Assembly: GCA_041690135.1 (NCBI GenBank)
Contig: JAWLHY010000005.1
Location: 192,001 to 256,000 of the forward strand
Direction: 5' to 3'
DNA: 64,000 nt
Source of the DNA: Armatimonadota bacterium
GTDB taxonomy: Bacteria > Armatimonadota > SYMT01
A program made the translations under genes and the position numbers. Below are positions 1-10,677 of this stretch, one piece after another; positions within the stretch are counted from its first letter, which is position 1, and every line of letters starts with the position of its first letter. The notes beneath the pieces were generated by a model. The model saw nothing but the letters and a program-made list of their open reading frames with translations, was not told the origin of the DNA and did no database searches.

Positions 1-181
1 CTTCCAGGAACTCGATCGCGGAACGGCTGCCGCTCAAGTTATCGAGGGAACCCGTGGAAAGGTTGTCGAAGACCCGTACCCGTACCCCGTGCGCCAGCAA
101 AGCTTCCACCAGGTGCGAGCCGATGAAACCCGCTCCGCCGGTAACCAGCGCAGTCGTACCTGCCCCGAACTCAAGACCCAT
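1..181 (-). CDS. NAD-dependent epimerase/dehydratase, 5' part (runs off window)
   Basis: Manual translation from ATG at 181: [44 protein letters not shown]; Rossmann GGAGFIG motif. Confidence 0.85.
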   Translation of the reverse strand, partial: MGLEFGAGTTALVTGGAGFIGSHLVEALLAHGVRVRVFDNLSTGSLDNLSGSRSAIEFLE

Positions 182-249
182 GGATGCGTTGCCTCTGCAC
201 GGTTCTGCGCTCCTGTTCTTACTCACATCCACCGGGACTGTAGCGCGGC

Positions 250-918
250 TCAGCGGAGCTGGAGCCGGGTGCTCTTGAGGCTGTCCATGACGGTGGGAAG
301 CATCGCAGCGGCAAACTCATCCGAAAGCTTCTCGGCGCTTGCCTGGTCCTTTACGACGGGCACCAGAATCCGGACCAGGGCCCCGAGGGGCACGCCGGCC
401 TGAAACCGCTTCAGCAGTTGAACCATCTGGAACTGCACGAGGTTTCGGGTGCAGTAGCTACCGTCCGTGAAGTAGTAGGTGGCAATCAGTCGCTGCCGCT
501 TCTGGCTGAAGACGGAACGAGTGGCGGAAATGCCCTGCTCCCCTACCGGCAGCGTGTACGGGCGCTGTTCCAGGAGCTCCCACCCGCCGGCCGTCATGCA
601 GAAGCCGGGAGTATGCACCGACTTCTTGCGGTGGCCGGCAATCAAAGCCAGTTCCGCGAACCCGCCCTGGGGATTGTGGTAGCGTCGCACCAGCACCGCA
701 TCGGGTTGGAGAATATCCATTTCCCGCTGGGAAAGCTTCATCTCGGAAGTCTTCCAGCCGCGGAAAGGCATCTCGAGCTTCGCTAGGAACTTCGGCTGGT
801 CGATGGTTGCCCCTTCGATCCGGCGCCCCCAGTAGCTGCCGCCCACTACCAGCAGAAGGATGAGGTTAACGGTAAAAAGCCGGGACCCGGCCGTAGTGCC
901 ACGCGCGCGCTTGATCAT
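250..918 (-). CDS. EpsI family exosortase-associated protein
   Basis: N-terminal TM segment, [13 protein letters not shown] motif, adjacent to exosortase. Confidence 0.8.
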   Translation of the reverse strand: MIKRARGTTAGSRLFTVNLILLLVVGGSYWGRRIEGATIDQPKFLAKLEMPFRGWKTSEMKLSQREMDILQPDAVLVRRYHNPQGGFAELALIAGHRKKSVHTPGFCMTAGGWELLEQRPYTLPVGEQGISATRSVFSQKRQRLIATYYFTDGSYCTRNLVQFQMVQLLKRFQAGVPLGALVRILVPVVKDQASAEKLSDEFAAAMLPTVMDSLKSTRLQLR

Positions 919-1789
919 TCGTTTGCGTCCACGTCACCAGAGCGTAGCGGATAAGAAGCAGCCCCAGGCTGCACAGGAATACGAGCACGGGCGCCTCGTG
1001 GTCGTGCACCCAGGTGGCCAGCTCCGCACTGTGGTGAGTGCCGGCCAGGAGAACCAGGGTGAGGCGCAGTGCGTTGCAGAGGAGCGCGATCGGCACCACC
1101 GCGGCCAGCAGGAAGCCTCGCCAGCCCAGCGCCACAGGCGTGTGATAGGCGATGAGATAGCTGACGGCCAGCAGAACGAGCATGGACGTGAGCCCGCTGC
1201 ACTCCCGCGCCACGAGGATGCTGTAGACCGGGCGCTGGTTGAGGTCCGGCATCACGGCCAGGTGCACGCCGTCGCGCTGGATCGGCAAGCCGCAGATGCC
1301 TCCGAGCAGGGCCGCGTAGGAGCTACTGGTCATCTGCAGGGGGAAGGCAATGGCCTCGATCAAGGTGGTGGGCCAGGGGATCATGAATACGAGGAAGCCC
1401 AGGGGACCCACGGCCGCGTGGAAGGCCGGCTTGCCTCCGAGGTAGTAAAAGCCACCGAGCGTCATCACGATCAGCGAGAGGGGCTTCAGGAACTCCAGGT
1501 CCGCCCACACGGAAGCCATATGCGCGAGCCCGCCGAGGATCAACATCACCAGGCCCGGAGGGGCGGCCTCATCCCACCCCTGGAACTCGCCCTTGCGCAT
1601 CCAGAGCAGCGCCAGCGCGACCAGGACGATCAGGGAGCCATGGGACAGACTCTTGTCGCTCTCCCACACAGCCCAGAGCGCGGAGAGAACCGGCGCCCAG
1701 AGCACCACGCCGAGGCCGAGAAGGACGACCATGGCCGGGTTGACCGAACGCCGGGGAGCCGAATCAATGGGGGTGGTGCTCTCGCTCAC
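866..1789 (-). CDS. Exosortase (EpsH family)
   Basis: Multi-pass membrane protein; ECSGL (catalytic Cys), NALR and HD motifs. Confidence 0.88.
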   Translation of the reverse strand: MSESTTPIDSAPRRSVNPAMVVLLGLGVVLWAPVLSALWAVWESDKSLSHGSLIVLVALALLWMRKGEFQGWDEAAPPGLVMLILGGLAHMASVWADLEFLKPLSLIVMTLGGFYYLGGKPAFHAAVGPLGFLVFMIPWPTTLIEAIAFPLQMTSSSYAALLGGICGLPIQRDGVHLAVMPDLNQRPVYSILVARECSGLTSMLVLLAVSYLIAYHTPVALGWRGFLLAAVVPIALLCNALRLTLVLLAGTHHSAELATWVHDHEAPVLVFLCSLGLLLIRYALVTWTQTNDQARAWHYGRVPAFYR

Positions 1790-1871
1790 GACAGCTTTAC
1801 ATCCTTCACGGGAACGGAAAGAAGGCCCCGACCGCCCCTTTCGGCACGGTCGGGGCCGCTAAGCCTTGACA

Positions 1872-3794
1872 CTAGAACCCGCCGAAGCCATAGCCGTAGC
1901 CGGGAACGCCCATCATCATCCCGGCGAACGGGATGAGGCGCAGCGCGGATTCGAAGATCGACATCTTGCGCCGGGTCTGGTCCACCGGCGGCAGCTCGGG
2001 GATCAGGATGCGATCGCCCGGCCGGATGGTCACATTCTGGGTGGGATCTCCCGCCAGGAGCTTTTTGTAGTCGATCACTACCAAGCCCAGTTCGCGAAGA
2101 TCTTCCTCCTCGCCCTTCTTCGGCTTGATCGGCTTGACTTTCTTCGGATCGCCCAGGGCGGCCTCGGGTAGTGCTCCCTTGAACTTTCCGTTCTCGTCGT
2201 AGCGGTCACCGGGAGCCACCACGAACGTCTTCTTTTTGGCGCGTTCCGAGAACCCTTCTGCGGCGGTGATTGCGTCGAGCAGGGTCATGCTCGGCTTCAC
2301 CGGATAGGTGCCGGGCTTGCGTACGCCGCCCACGATGGCGAACCGCTTGCTGTCGTCGTTCGGGACCTGGATGATGTCGCCGGACTGAAGCTCGAACTCG
2401 ATGTCGATGGTGGAGCCGGCCTCCAGGGCGCGCTCGGAAAGGTTGATCTCCTTGACGATCTTGCCGTCGCGCTTGATGGACACGCGTCCGCGGTCGGCCT
2501 TTTCGGTGAAGCCGCCGCCTTGCGACATGATGAAGTCGAGTACACTGGTGGTCGTGCCCAGGGGGCGCTCGCCGGGGGTCTTGACTTCGCCGCGCAGCAC
2601 GGCGACGCCGAGCGGCACGAAGATCACGTCTCCGGGGAGCACTTCCAGGCTGGGATCATCGCTCCGCTTGCGGCCTTCGGCGATGGCGGCGACGTCGATG
2701 ATCGTGGTCTTGCCGTCACGAATCACCTGAACGTGACGCCGGTCCGCTTTCTCACTCAGCCCGCCCGCATCCTTGAGGATGAAGTCCCAGAGCTGCGTCT
2801 GGCCGTTCAGCTCCTTCTCCCCGGGGTTCTTCACCTCGCCGCGGATCGTCGCCAGGCCGGTGAACTTCGAGAGGACGGTAATTTCATCGCCCTCCTGGAG
2901 TTCGAAATCGTCTTTCAGACGACCGGTCCGCACGCCGCTCAGGTCGAGGATGATGGGCACGCTGCTGTTCTTGCGGCGGAGGGCGATGCGGGTGTAGTCG
3001 GCACTGTTGGTGGGGGTGGCGGAGCGCACCGCGGTGTAGGCGGTCTTCACCTCTTCCAGCGGCTTCAGCCCCGGCCGCTGGACCTCGCCATCGACGCGGA
3101 TGGAGCGGACGTTCTTCCCGGGAACGGTGATGGTGTCGCCCGCGGCGATGCCCACGTTCAGGTCCGGGTCCTTGAGGACCTCATCCAGATCAATCGTCTC
3201 CAGCTTCCCGCCGGCCTTGCGCGAAATCGTGATTCGCTTGGTGTCGGCGTTGCTGGTGGGCCCGCCGACTTCCGCGAGTACATCCAGGAGCTTGCCGCCC
3301 AGTCGCACCTTGGCCAGGCCGGGCCGGGTCACCTCGCCGTACACCAGTACCTTGCTTCCGGTCTCGCCGACGACGAAGCACTTCACTTCGAACAGCTTGA
3401 GGTACTTGCCGAGCTCCTTGGTAAGCTTCTCTTCCACCTGCTTGGCCGAGAGCCCGGATACGCGCACCTTGCCGATCATGTCCATGGCGATGTCGCCCGC
3501 CTCATCGACCCGGTAGTTGGTCGAGAGCGCAGGTTCGCCGGAAACCCGAATGGAGAGCACATCCTCGGCCTGAATCAGGTAATCGGGAGTCTTAACCGTC
3601 TTGGAAGCACCGGCTTCAGGTTTCGCATCGGGCTTGGCCTCGGTAGCTTCCTTCTTTTCGGGTGTTGCCGTGCTGACCTCTTTCTTCTGTGTTTCTCCTT
3701 CCGCCCAAGCCGAAGGAAGGCTGTGGAATGGGGAGAGTACCAGCAGGGAAAGGACAGCAGTCCAGCGGATCACTGAACATGCGCGAAATGACAT
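1872..3794 (-). CDS. Polysaccharide export protein with multiple SLBB domains (Wza-like)
   Basis: Signal peptide, DYLIQAEDVLSI Poly_export motif, repeated GEV..PG/GD.I.VP SLBB units; start chosen at ATG 3794. Confidence 0.85.
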   Translation of the reverse strand: MSFRACSVIRWTAVLSLLVLSPFHSLPSAWAEGETQKKEVSTATPEKKEATEAKPDAKPEAGASKTVKTPDYLIQAEDVLSIRVSGEPALSTNYRVDEAGDIAMDMIGKVRVSGLSAKQVEEKLTKELGKYLKLFEVKCFVVGETGSKVLVYGEVTRPGLAKVRLGGKLLDVLAEVGGPTSNADTKRITISRKAGGKLETIDLDEVLKDPDLNVGIAAGDTITVPGKNVRSIRVDGEVQRPGLKPLEEVKTAYTAVRSATPTNSADYTRIALRRKNSSVPIILDLSGVRTGRLKDDFELQEGDEITVLSKFTGLATIRGEVKNPGEKELNGQTQLWDFILKDAGGLSEKADRRHVQVIRDGKTTIIDVAAIAEGRKRSDDPSLEVLPGDVIFVPLGVAVLRGEVKTPGERPLGTTTSVLDFIMSQGGGFTEKADRGRVSIKRDGKIVKEINLSERALEAGSTIDIEFELQSGDIIQVPNDDSKRFAIVGGVRKPGTYPVKPSMTLLDAITAAEGFSERAKKKTFVVAPGDRYDENGKFKGALPEAALGDPKKVKPIKPKKGEEEDLRELGLVVIDYKKLLAGDPTQNVTIRPGDRILIPELPPVDQTRRKMSIFESALRLIPFAGMMMGVPGYGYGFGGF

Positions 3795-4635
3795 AAGAGT
3801 GCTCCTCCAAGCGCTTGACGCCCAGGCGCGCGTCGCACCCGTGCTCCGAGGGTTCAGGTGCCCGATACGGTGCGACCGTGCAAGGTAGGACTGGATGACA
3901 GATAGCGGGCAAGCACGGGGTGTCTTTCTCAATCCTTCCTTGGATGGAAATTCCTACGAATGCCGGATAGTGGGGCTACGAGGCGGCCAACGGACCTTGA
4001 CTTGCCGCCTGGTTTATTCCATATTGTACGTGGTTACGCCTGCTCCATCACCCGTTGTCCGCCAGTCGGTTGGGAAGGAGAGGCCTCCCTTACCTGCTTT
4101 AGGTGGAGACTTGAGGTCCTCATCCAATCGCCGGCAAGGTAGAGGAAATAGTCCCCGGCCGAGTCCGGTACCGCATCGCGGAGGACGATAATATCCTGGG
4201 CGGGCTGGCCACAGCAAGTCGGCCCGGAAAGGGTACGCTATCCAGTCCATCCTCCAAACGGGCGACGGATGGGCGGGCACCGGGCCTCACGCGGTGTGGT
4301 CCTCGGTAGGTAGGTGCGGCGAACACCATAATTCGAAAGAAGAGGAACCCGGCCGTCTTTCGACCGAACAAGGGGCTGAGGCCCGGTCGAGGTTCCAAGT
4401 AAGCTTCGCAGTCTGATCTACAACCTCCGTACTCCGACACACGTCGGAGAGTACAACCTTCCTTCAACAAAACGTCTGGGTCCAGCGGCCACGCGGGAAC
4501 CAGACAAGTAGACCGGTTCCTGTTTGCCCGATATAACGGCGCGCGGCTACTCGTTACGGCGGGTAAGCTGAAAATGGGCCACGGGTCTGCAATCCCTCTG
4601 GAACGCCTCTAACCAGTAGTTCAGGAGTTCGAATT

Positions 4636-5367
4636 ATGGCTGACACCTGTCCAGCCTCTACGGCAACCGAACGGGGGGCCGGCCGCCAGGCGGCGGTCGA
4701 AGCGCCCTGGGCCTCCACGCCGTTCACGGAACGCCCCGGTGCCGGGCGGGCCCCGATGTCTACTCCCTCCTCCCGAAGACAACGCGGGCCGCTACCCAGG
4801 CACCACTCCACTTCCACGGAAGTGCCGGTTGAGCCAGTCGATCGCGAGGCCCTGTTTGCCGATTTTCAACCGCTGGTGCGGCGTCTCATTCGGCAGTATG
4901 GAGAGGACGCGGAACTGCGTCAGGACCTGGCGGGGGAGATCTACTGCCGGTTCTGCACGCTGCTCGATCTTTACGACCCTACCCGGGGAATTCCGCTGCG
5001 AGCCTACCTCGTGCGAACGCTCACCGCTTCGGTCTACACCTTTACCCGCAGTCACTGGCGGCGGCAGCACCGGGAAGTGAGCCTGGATGCCAGCTTGAAG
5101 ATTCGGGAAACGGCCCAGACGGGCGACCCGAGCCGGCAATGGGACCGGGACCTGTTGACCGAGGAGGTCTTGAAGGCGCTTCCCGGCGCTATCGCGCAAC
5201 TTCCGGTCCGGCAGCGACAGGTGGTGATCTGGCGTTACTACGAGTCTCGCTCATTCGAGGATATCGCCGCGATGCTCCACGTACGCCCGGCCACGGCCCG
5301 CTCGCTGCTGCGACACGGCCTCAACAATCTGCGCCGGCAGATGGGGCGGAGTGAACTGACCTGGTAG
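4636..5367 (+). CDS. Sigma-70 family (ECF-like) RNA polymerase sigma factor
   Basis: Region 2 (YDPTRGIPLRAYL) and region 4 (LPVRQRQVV..SFEDIAAML..TARSLL); true start may be downstream (~4756-4822). Confidence 0.82.
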   Translation: MADTCPASTATERGAGRQAAVEAPWASTPFTERPGAGRAPMSTPSSRRQRGPLPRHHSTSTEVPVEPVDREALFADFQPLVRRLIRQYGEDAELRQDLAGEIYCRFCTLLDLYDPTRGIPLRAYLVRTLTASVYTFTRSHWRRQHREVSLDASLKIRETAQTGDPSRQWDRDLLTEEVLKALPGAIAQLPVRQRQVVIWRYYESRSFEDIAAMLHVRPATARSLLRHGLNNLRRQMGRSELTW

Positions 5368-5408
5368 CCACCGAAGAGCCTGCCTGGCGAGTGGGTCCGG
5401 TTTTGACA

Positions 5409-5444
5409 GCGAGGGGGTGCGTGTTTCGCGCACCCCCTCGCTTT
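5409..5444. terminator. Intrinsic terminator hairpin between convergent genes
   Basis: GCGAGGGGGTGCG...CGCACCCCCTCGC followed by TTT. Confidence 0.65.
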
Positions 5445-5478
5445 GACTTTGTGGTTCTGGCGTTGGAGGTTTTGGGCG

Positions 5479-5976
5479 TTACGCCGGAAACCTCCGGGTT
5501 GGCCGCCGCGTCCGGAGGCGTGGAGGGGTTCGTTGGACCAGTTCCTGCGTGACCCGGGCAAGAATGCCGCGGGCTTCATTCTCGGCCTCGGAGAGAGCCG
5601 CCTCCCCACCGGAGAGCCGTACCAGTGCCTGTAAGCGCTCCACCTCATGCACGTCCTGGGGGTCGGTGGTCAACTGGCGGATGGCAAAGCAGTGTCGCAG
5701 GCATTCGCGCAGGAGTTCGCGGGCGCCCCGTGGGTGGGTGGGTCTCTCCGGGGGTGTCGGTTCCGCCGTGCGCAACTCGTCGGGAACCAGGTCCAGCAGG
5801 GCTTCCTGACCCGCCTGGTGGATGGCCTGGAGAAAGAGACACCAGGCAAGCTTCTTGCGGGCACCCAGATCCGTGGGCTCGAAGGCAAGGCGGGTACGGC
5901 AAGCCGCTTCGGCCTCGGCGAGGCTCTCGAGCTGAACTGCTTTGGGAGTCTCTGCGATCTCCACCTTACACCTCAT
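5479..5976 (-). CDS. Hypothetical helical protein
   Basis: ORF starts 2 nt after the GT2 stop, consistent with co-transcription. Confidence 0.6.
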   Translation of the reverse strand: MRCKVEIAETPKAVQLESLAEAEAACRTRLAFEPTDLGARKKLAWCLFLQAIHQAGQEALLDLVPDELRTAEPTPPERPTHPRGARELLRECLRHCFAIRQLTTDPQDVHEVERLQALVRLSGGEAALSEAENEARGILARVTQELVQRTPPRLRTRRPTRRFPA

Positions 5977-5978
5977 AA

Positions 5979-7148
5979 CTAACGGGAGACACGCTCCCAG
6001 GTGACGCGCTGGGTGCGGAACAGGAAGCGGAGAAACCCGCAAAAGAGCGCGTAGTTCATCAGATAGAAGTAGCTGACAGGACGGGTCCAGCGCGGTAGCT
6101 CGCGACCAGGAACGGCGGCATACGAGCGGGCCGCCACCAGGGCTCCGGCCAACTGGGCAACCGCCGTCAACTGGAAGAACTCGTGGTCGAGCAACATCAG
6201 ATTGGCGCCCGCCGCGGCCAGGAAGAAGAACGGGACCAGCCAGCGCAGGACCTTGTGGCCCCAGTAGGCGAAGGCGACGTTCCCAAAACTCGGGAGCAAT
6301 AGACGGCAGGTAAGCCCGAGTGCCTGAAAGTTGCCCGCCCCGATGCGTACCTTGCGGATCATCTCATCCCGCGCGGAGGCGCAGGCGGGCTCAACGGCCC
6401 GCGCGGCGGGCTCGAACCGCACCTGATAACGCTGCTCTAACACGCGCATCGAGAGAACGAAGTCCTCAACGACGGTCGAAGTCGGAAGCGGACAATAGAG
6501 GTGCCGGCGCAGCGCAAAGATGCCCCCGTTACAGCCGATGAGAAATCCGAGCGCACTCTCATTCCGCTTGATCCAGCCCTCATACTTCCAGTAGAGGCCT
6601 TCACCGGAGACCCCCCCTTCCTGCTCCAGGGTGAGTTCGCCGCTGACGCAGCCCACCTGGGGCTCCTGGAAAGGGGTGACCAGTTTCCGGAGCGCATCCG
6701 GTTCGAAGAGGGTGTTGGCGTCGGAGAAGACAAGAATGTCGGCCTCGGTCCGGGTTACGAGGTCATTCAGGACGGAAATCTTGCCGCGGCGTTCCTCGAA
6801 GCAGTAGGCGTGGAGGCGGGTATCCGTGCAGGCACGAAGCAGTTCCGCGGTAGCGTCTGTCGAACCGTCTGAGCCGACAATCAATTCGAAGCGGTCCGCC
6901 GGATAGTCGAGCTGCCAGGTGTTGCGAAGTTTGGCCTGAACGACCTGCTCCTCATTGAAAGCGGCTACAACCATGGCGATCCGGGGGAGTGGCTCCGTCA
7001 TATGCGGTTGCTTTGTGCCGCGGCCGGCCGTCCGCTGTTTCAGGCGGACCCAGACCGCCAACAGGCACGGAAACCCCACGTACGTGTAACCGATCAGGCC
7101 CCACGCTACGGCAAAGATCAACACTGAGAGGAACTTCGGATCGGGCAT
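5979..7148 (-). CDS. Glycosyltransferase family 2
   Basis: AFNEE, DGSTD, FSDAN, VEDF motifs and flanking TM helices. Confidence 0.9.
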   Translation of the reverse strand: MPDPKFLSVLIFAVAWGLIGYTYVGFPCLLAVWVRLKQRTAGRGTKQPHMTEPLPRIAMVVAAFNEEQVVQAKLRNTWQLDYPADRFELIVGSDGSTDATAELLRACTDTRLHAYCFEERRGKISVLNDLVTRTEADILVFSDANTLFEPDALRKLVTPFQEPQVGCVSGELTLEQEGGVSGEGLYWKYEGWIKRNESALGFLIGCNGGIFALRRHLYCPLPTSTVVEDFVLSMRVLEQRYQVRFEPAARAVEPACASARDEMIRKVRIGAGNFQALGLTCRLLLPSFGNVAFAYWGHKVLRWLVPFFFLAAAGANLMLLDHEFFQLTAVAQLAGALVAARSYAAVPGRELPRWTRPVSYFYLMNYALFCGFLRFLFRTQRVTWERVSR

Positions 7149-7157
7149 TGATGGCGG

Positions 7158-7904
7158 TTGGAGCGGGGTGATGAAAAGGGCCGGAACCTCGCTTGGCGAC
7201 CGGGTTACCGTCTGTCAACTGCGGGCGCGCGATTCGGCGTGCAAATCACCACGGGGAAAATGCGGCATGCTTGCCCGCTCCGCCAGGTCAAGCATGCGTG
7301 GGAGCAGCAGCTTTCCCGGGAGCGAAAGGGACGAGGTGTGAGTTTGCCGAGCGACGGTGAGAGGGAGAATGAGACGGATCCAAAGCGTCGCGAGAAGCGT
7401 TATGCCGTGGTTCTGCGCAGGCTCTTTGCGTGGCTCTTAATCCCGGAACTGCTTCTTGTTCTCGGCGCATCCGCCATGGTGAGCCTGAGCCTGAAACGGC
7501 TGGCGCTCACCGGAATCGCCGCCTTCTTCTTGCTGCTGCTGGCGGCATGCCGGATCGTTCCGGAAGGCTTACTCCCCTTCCGGGGGAAGTGGCTCCGGCG
7601 GATGCTGGCGGGACTGGCGGTACTAGGCCTCGCGTACGCGGGGCCGGTCGCGCTGATCCGAAAACTCTGCACCTATAACTGGACCTTGAACCAGGTGCAA
7701 CAGGGCATCGAGCGGCTGGCTACCTACCGGCCGCAAGCCCGTCTTCCCTTCTGGCTGGCGGACGTAGACCTTCCCCGCTGGATCGCGGGGGTGCCGATTA
7801 CCTTGGTGGTAGGTCTCGGGGCATTGGTTGCGCTCCTCCAGTTCAAGCTGCTCTGGGACGACTTGGGGGAGGAGCGCAGTACCGTACCGGCTCAGGAGCT
7901 GTAA
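7158..7904 (+). CDS. Hypothetical membrane protein (start probably ~7337)
   Basis: About four hydrophobic segments in the C-terminal two-thirds. Confidence 0.55.
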   Translation: MERGDEKGRNLAWRPGYRLSTAGARFGVQITTGKMRHACPLRQVKHAWEQQLSRERKGRGVSLPSDGERENETDPKRREKRYAVVLRRLFAWLLIPELLLVLGASAMVSLSLKRLALTGIAAFFLLLLAACRIVPEGLLPFRGKWLRRMLAGLAVLGLAYAGPVALIRKLCTYNWTLNQVQQGIERLATYRPQARLPFWLADVDLPRWIAGVPITLVVGLGALVALLQFKLLWDDLGEERSTVPAQEL

Positions 7905-8275
7905 ACCGTGTCCGGATCGATTTCCCGGGAAGCGATGACGTGCAACTCGCCTTCGCCGTCCACGGCGCGGAAAAAGCAGCTGCGGTAGCCTTCGTGGCAG
8001 GCCACTCCCTCTTGCCGCACGAGGATCAGGAGGCAGTCCTTATCGCAGTCGGTGCGGATTTCCACCACGTGCTGGAAGTGACCGGAAGTTTCGCCCTTGA
8101 TCCAGTACTTCTGGCGGCTCCGGCTCCAGTAGGTGACCCGGCGCGTCTCGAGGGTGCGGTCCACCGCCGCCTGGTTCATGTAGCCGACCATCAGGACTTC
8201 GTTGTTGTCCGCATCCTGGATCACGGCGGGCAGCAGCCCGTTGGCATCATACTTGAGGGTTTCCGAAAAGCTCAT
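7892..8275 (-). CDS. hisI: Phosphoribosyl-AMP cyclohydrolase
   Basis: YWSRSR..W.KGETSGH, DCDKD, ACHEGYRSCF. Confidence 0.95.
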   Translation of the reverse strand: MSFSETLKYDANGLLPAVIQDADNNEVLMVGYMNQAAVDRTLETRRVTYWSRSRQKYWIKGETSGHFQHVVEIRTDCDKDCLLILVRQEGVACHEGYRSCFFRAVDGEGELHVIASREIDPDTVYSS

Positions 8276-8289
8276 CGAGGTACTACTCC

Positions 8290-9081
8290 CTACTCGACAA
8301 CGTGTGTTGGTTGGTGCTGGGGGTCCCACCGGACGGGGACCCCACGCTCATACAGGTAGCGCTTCATTTCCCCGATCGAGTGGATGTTGTAATGGACGAG
8401 GGAGGCCACGAGGGCTGCTTCCGCCTTGCCTTCGGTGACCCCTTCGTGGATGTGTTCCAGTGCGCCGGCTCCCCCGGAGGCAATTACGGGAATCGGCACG
8501 GCTTCGGCGATCGCGCGGGTCACCGGCAGATCGTAACCGGCCTGGGTCCCGTCGGCGTCCATACTGGTGAGCAGGATCTCGCCCGCTCCCCTTCGGTAGA
8601 CCTCTTCAGCCCACCGCACGGCATCCATCCCCGTGGGGGTTCTCCCGCCGTGGATGTATACTTCGTACGACCCGTCCTCGCGCCGCTTGGCATCGATGGC
8701 AACCACCACGCACTGGGACCCGAACCGGTCCGCGCCCGTGGTGATCAGGTCGGGGTTCTGCACGGCGCTCGTATTGATGAAGATCTTGTCCGCGCCCGTT
8801 TTGAGGATCTCGCGCATGTCCTCTACTGTCCGAATACCTCCGCCCACGGTGAAGGGGATAAAGACCTCCTCGGCCACGCGGCGGGCCACGTCCAGCATGA
8901 TGGACCGCTTTTCGTGCGAGGCCGTGATATCGAGGAAGACGATCTCGTCCGCCCCTTCCGCGTCGTAGAGGCGGGCGAGGTCCACCGGGTCGCCGGCGTC
9001 ACGCGGGTTGAGGAACCGGACGCATTTGACAACGCGGCCCTCCTTGATGTCCAGGGCGGGGATGATGCGCTTCGCAACCAT
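8290..9081 (-). CDS. hisF: Imidazole glycerol phosphate synthase cyclase subunit
   Basis: [32 protein letters not shown]. Confidence 0.96.
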   Translation of the reverse strand: MVAKRIIPALDIKEGRVVKCVRFLNPRDAGDPVDLARLYDAEGADEIVFLDITASHEKRSIMLDVARRVAEEVFIPFTVGGGIRTVEDMREILKTGADKIFINTSAVQNPDLITTGADRFGSQCVVVAIDAKRREDGSYEVYIHGGRTPTGMDAVRWAEEVYRRGAGEILLTSMDADGTQAGYDLPVTRAIAEAVPIPVIASGGAGALEHIHEGVTEGKAEAALVASLVHYNIHSIGEMKRYLYERGVPVRWDPQHQPTHVVE

Positions 9082-9090
9082 GATGCCGGC

Positions 9091-9828
9091 CTAATTCCTT
9101 CCCTGCAGGGCCGTCAGGGCCTCGGGCAGGCGTACCGCGCCCGTGTAGAGGGCCTTCCCGACGATGACGCCCTCCACTCCCGCCGCTTCCAACTCCGCCA
9201 CCCGTGCGATATCAGCGACACTCCCCACGCCACCCGAGGCGATGACTGGAATACCCGCGGTTTCGGCCAGCCGACGGGTGCTCTCCACGCTGGGACCCGT
9301 TCCGGTTCCGTCGGTAGCGATGTCCGTGAAGATGATGCGGCGCGCACCCGCGGCCTTCATTTCGGAAGCCAGGTCGGCAGCCGTCCATTCCGTCGTCTCC
9401 CGCCAGCCTGCGGTCGCGACTTTGCCGTCGCGGGCGTCCAGCCCCAGGATGAGGCTCTCGCCAAACTCACGGAAGAGATCGCTCGCGGTCTCCGGGTTTG
9501 CCGCCGCCGCCGTACCCACGATGGCTCGACTAATGCCGGCCTCCAGTACACGCTGCACGGCTTCCCGGTTCCGTACGCCACCACCCATCTGCACCGGTAT
9601 CCGGAGGGTGCGAGCGATGCGGGCGATAATCTCCAGGTTGACGGGTTCCCCGCTACGCGCGGCATCCAGGTCGACCACGTGAAGCCGCGTGGCGCCCTCC
9701 CCTTCCCAGCGGAGCGCCATCTCCACCGGGTCCTCGCCGAAGACCGTCTCCTGGGCATAGTCTCCCTGGTAGAGGCGGACGCACTTGCCGCCCCGGATAT
9801 CGACGGCCGGGATGATTTCGAACGACAT
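9091..9828 (-). CDS. hisA: ProFAR isomerase
   Basis: IIPAVDIRGGKCVRLYQGDY, HVVDLD, TDIATDG. Confidence 0.96.
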   Translation of the reverse strand: MSFEIIPAVDIRGGKCVRLYQGDYAQETVFGEDPVEMALRWEGEGATRLHVVDLDAARSGEPVNLEIIARIARTLRIPVQMGGGVRNREAVQRVLEAGISRAIVGTAAAANPETASDLFREFGESLILGLDARDGKVATAGWRETTEWTAADLASEMKAAGARRIIFTDIATDGTGTGPSVESTRRLAETAGIPVIASGGVGSVADIARVAELEAAGVEGVIVGKALYTGAVRLPEALTALQGRN

Positions 9829-9840
9829 CAGCTTATCCTT

Positions 9841-10467
9841 TTACAGCCTGCAAAAGTTGTCGAGAATGCGCAGTCCGGCCGCCCCGCTCTTCTCCGGGTG
9901 GAACTGGGTGGCGAACAGGTTGTCGCGGCTCAGGGCGGCGCAGAATTCCAGTCCGTGGTGGCAGGTAGCGGCCACTACCTGTGGAGCTTCAGGCCGGCAG
10001 TAGTAGCTGTGGACGAAGTACACCCGCACCCCGTCGTCCAGCCCGCGGAACAGCGGGTGGTCGCCAACCGGGTGAAGCTCATTCCAGCCCATGTGCGGAA
10101 TCTTCAATTCCGGATTGCCGTCGAAATCGAAACGAACCACCCGCCCTGGGACCAGGTCGAGGCCCTGGTGGATACCGAGTTCCTCACTCTCCGAAAGCAG
10201 TAACTGCATGCCGAGGCAGATGCCCAGAAAGGGGCGACCCGTCTCCGCGAAAGCACGCACGGCGTCCGCAAGAGTGCCTTCCCCTGCCTCTCCGTGGGAA
10301 AGGTGGTCCATCGCGGCGCCGAAGGCCCCCACTCCAGGCAGGATCAAACGGTCCGCCCCGCGGATGATCGCCGGGTCGGAAGTGATCTCCGCCGGATGCC
10401 CCAGCTTTTCCAGGGCCTTCTGCACGCTGCGCAGGTTGCCCATCCCATAATCTACAATGCCGATCAT
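9841..10467 (-). CDS. hisH: IGP synthase glutamine amidotransferase subunit
   Basis: DYGMGNLRSV, GICLGMQ, QFHPEKS. Confidence 0.96.
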   Translation of the reverse strand: MIGIVDYGMGNLRSVQKALEKLGHPAEITSDPAIIRGADRLILPGVGAFGAAMDHLSHGEAGEGTLADAVRAFAETGRPFLGICLGMQLLLSESEELGIHQGLDLVPGRVVRFDFDGNPELKIPHMGWNELHPVGDHPLFRGLDDGVRVYFVHSYYCRPEAPQVVAATCHHGLEFCAALSRDNLFATQFHPEKSGAAGLRILDNFCRL

Positions 10468-10509
10468 CAGGGGATCTCTTAGCTTTGTCGCAGGAAGGGC
10501 TGACACACG

Positions 10510-10545
10510 AAAACGCCGCGGCCCTTCCCAGGATGTCCGCGGCGT
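10510..10545 (-). terminator. his operon attenuator terminator
   Basis: Minus strand ACGCCGCGG-loop-CCGCGGCGT followed by TTT, between leader ORF and hisH. Confidence 0.75.
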
Positions 10546-10591
10546 CTCGGAAATGGATCAAGGCTCATCGGCCAGACACGCGCGCGGGCAC

Positions 10592-10645
10592 TCACCGATG
10601 ATGGTGGTGTCCGGAGGCGTGATGGAACTGGAACCGAGAGAGCAT
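10592..10645 (-). CDS. hisL: His operon leader peptide MLSRFQFHHASGHHHHR
   Basis: 17-codon ORF with 6 His codons, upstream of a terminator and hisH. Confidence 0.85.
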   Translation of the reverse strand: MLSRFQFHHASGHHHHR

Positions 10646-10652
10646 CAGCAGG

Positions 10653-10661
10653 GTTATAACA
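10653..10661 (-). promoter_or_regulatory. Extended -10 promoter of his leader
   Basis: TGTTATAAC (TGnTATAAC), 7 nt before the leader ATG. Confidence 0.6.
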
Positions 10662-10677
10662 CTGCGCGGGACGGTCG

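Noticed and set aside
250-252. Genome-wide UGA reassignment to explain the in-frame TGAs
   Set aside because: TGA ends ordinary genes here (EpsI, DUF554, hpnA), so recoding must be site-specific
3800-4630. Riboswitch or ncRNA in the long divergent intergenic region
   Set aside because: Only isolated hairpins; no consensus I could recognise by eye
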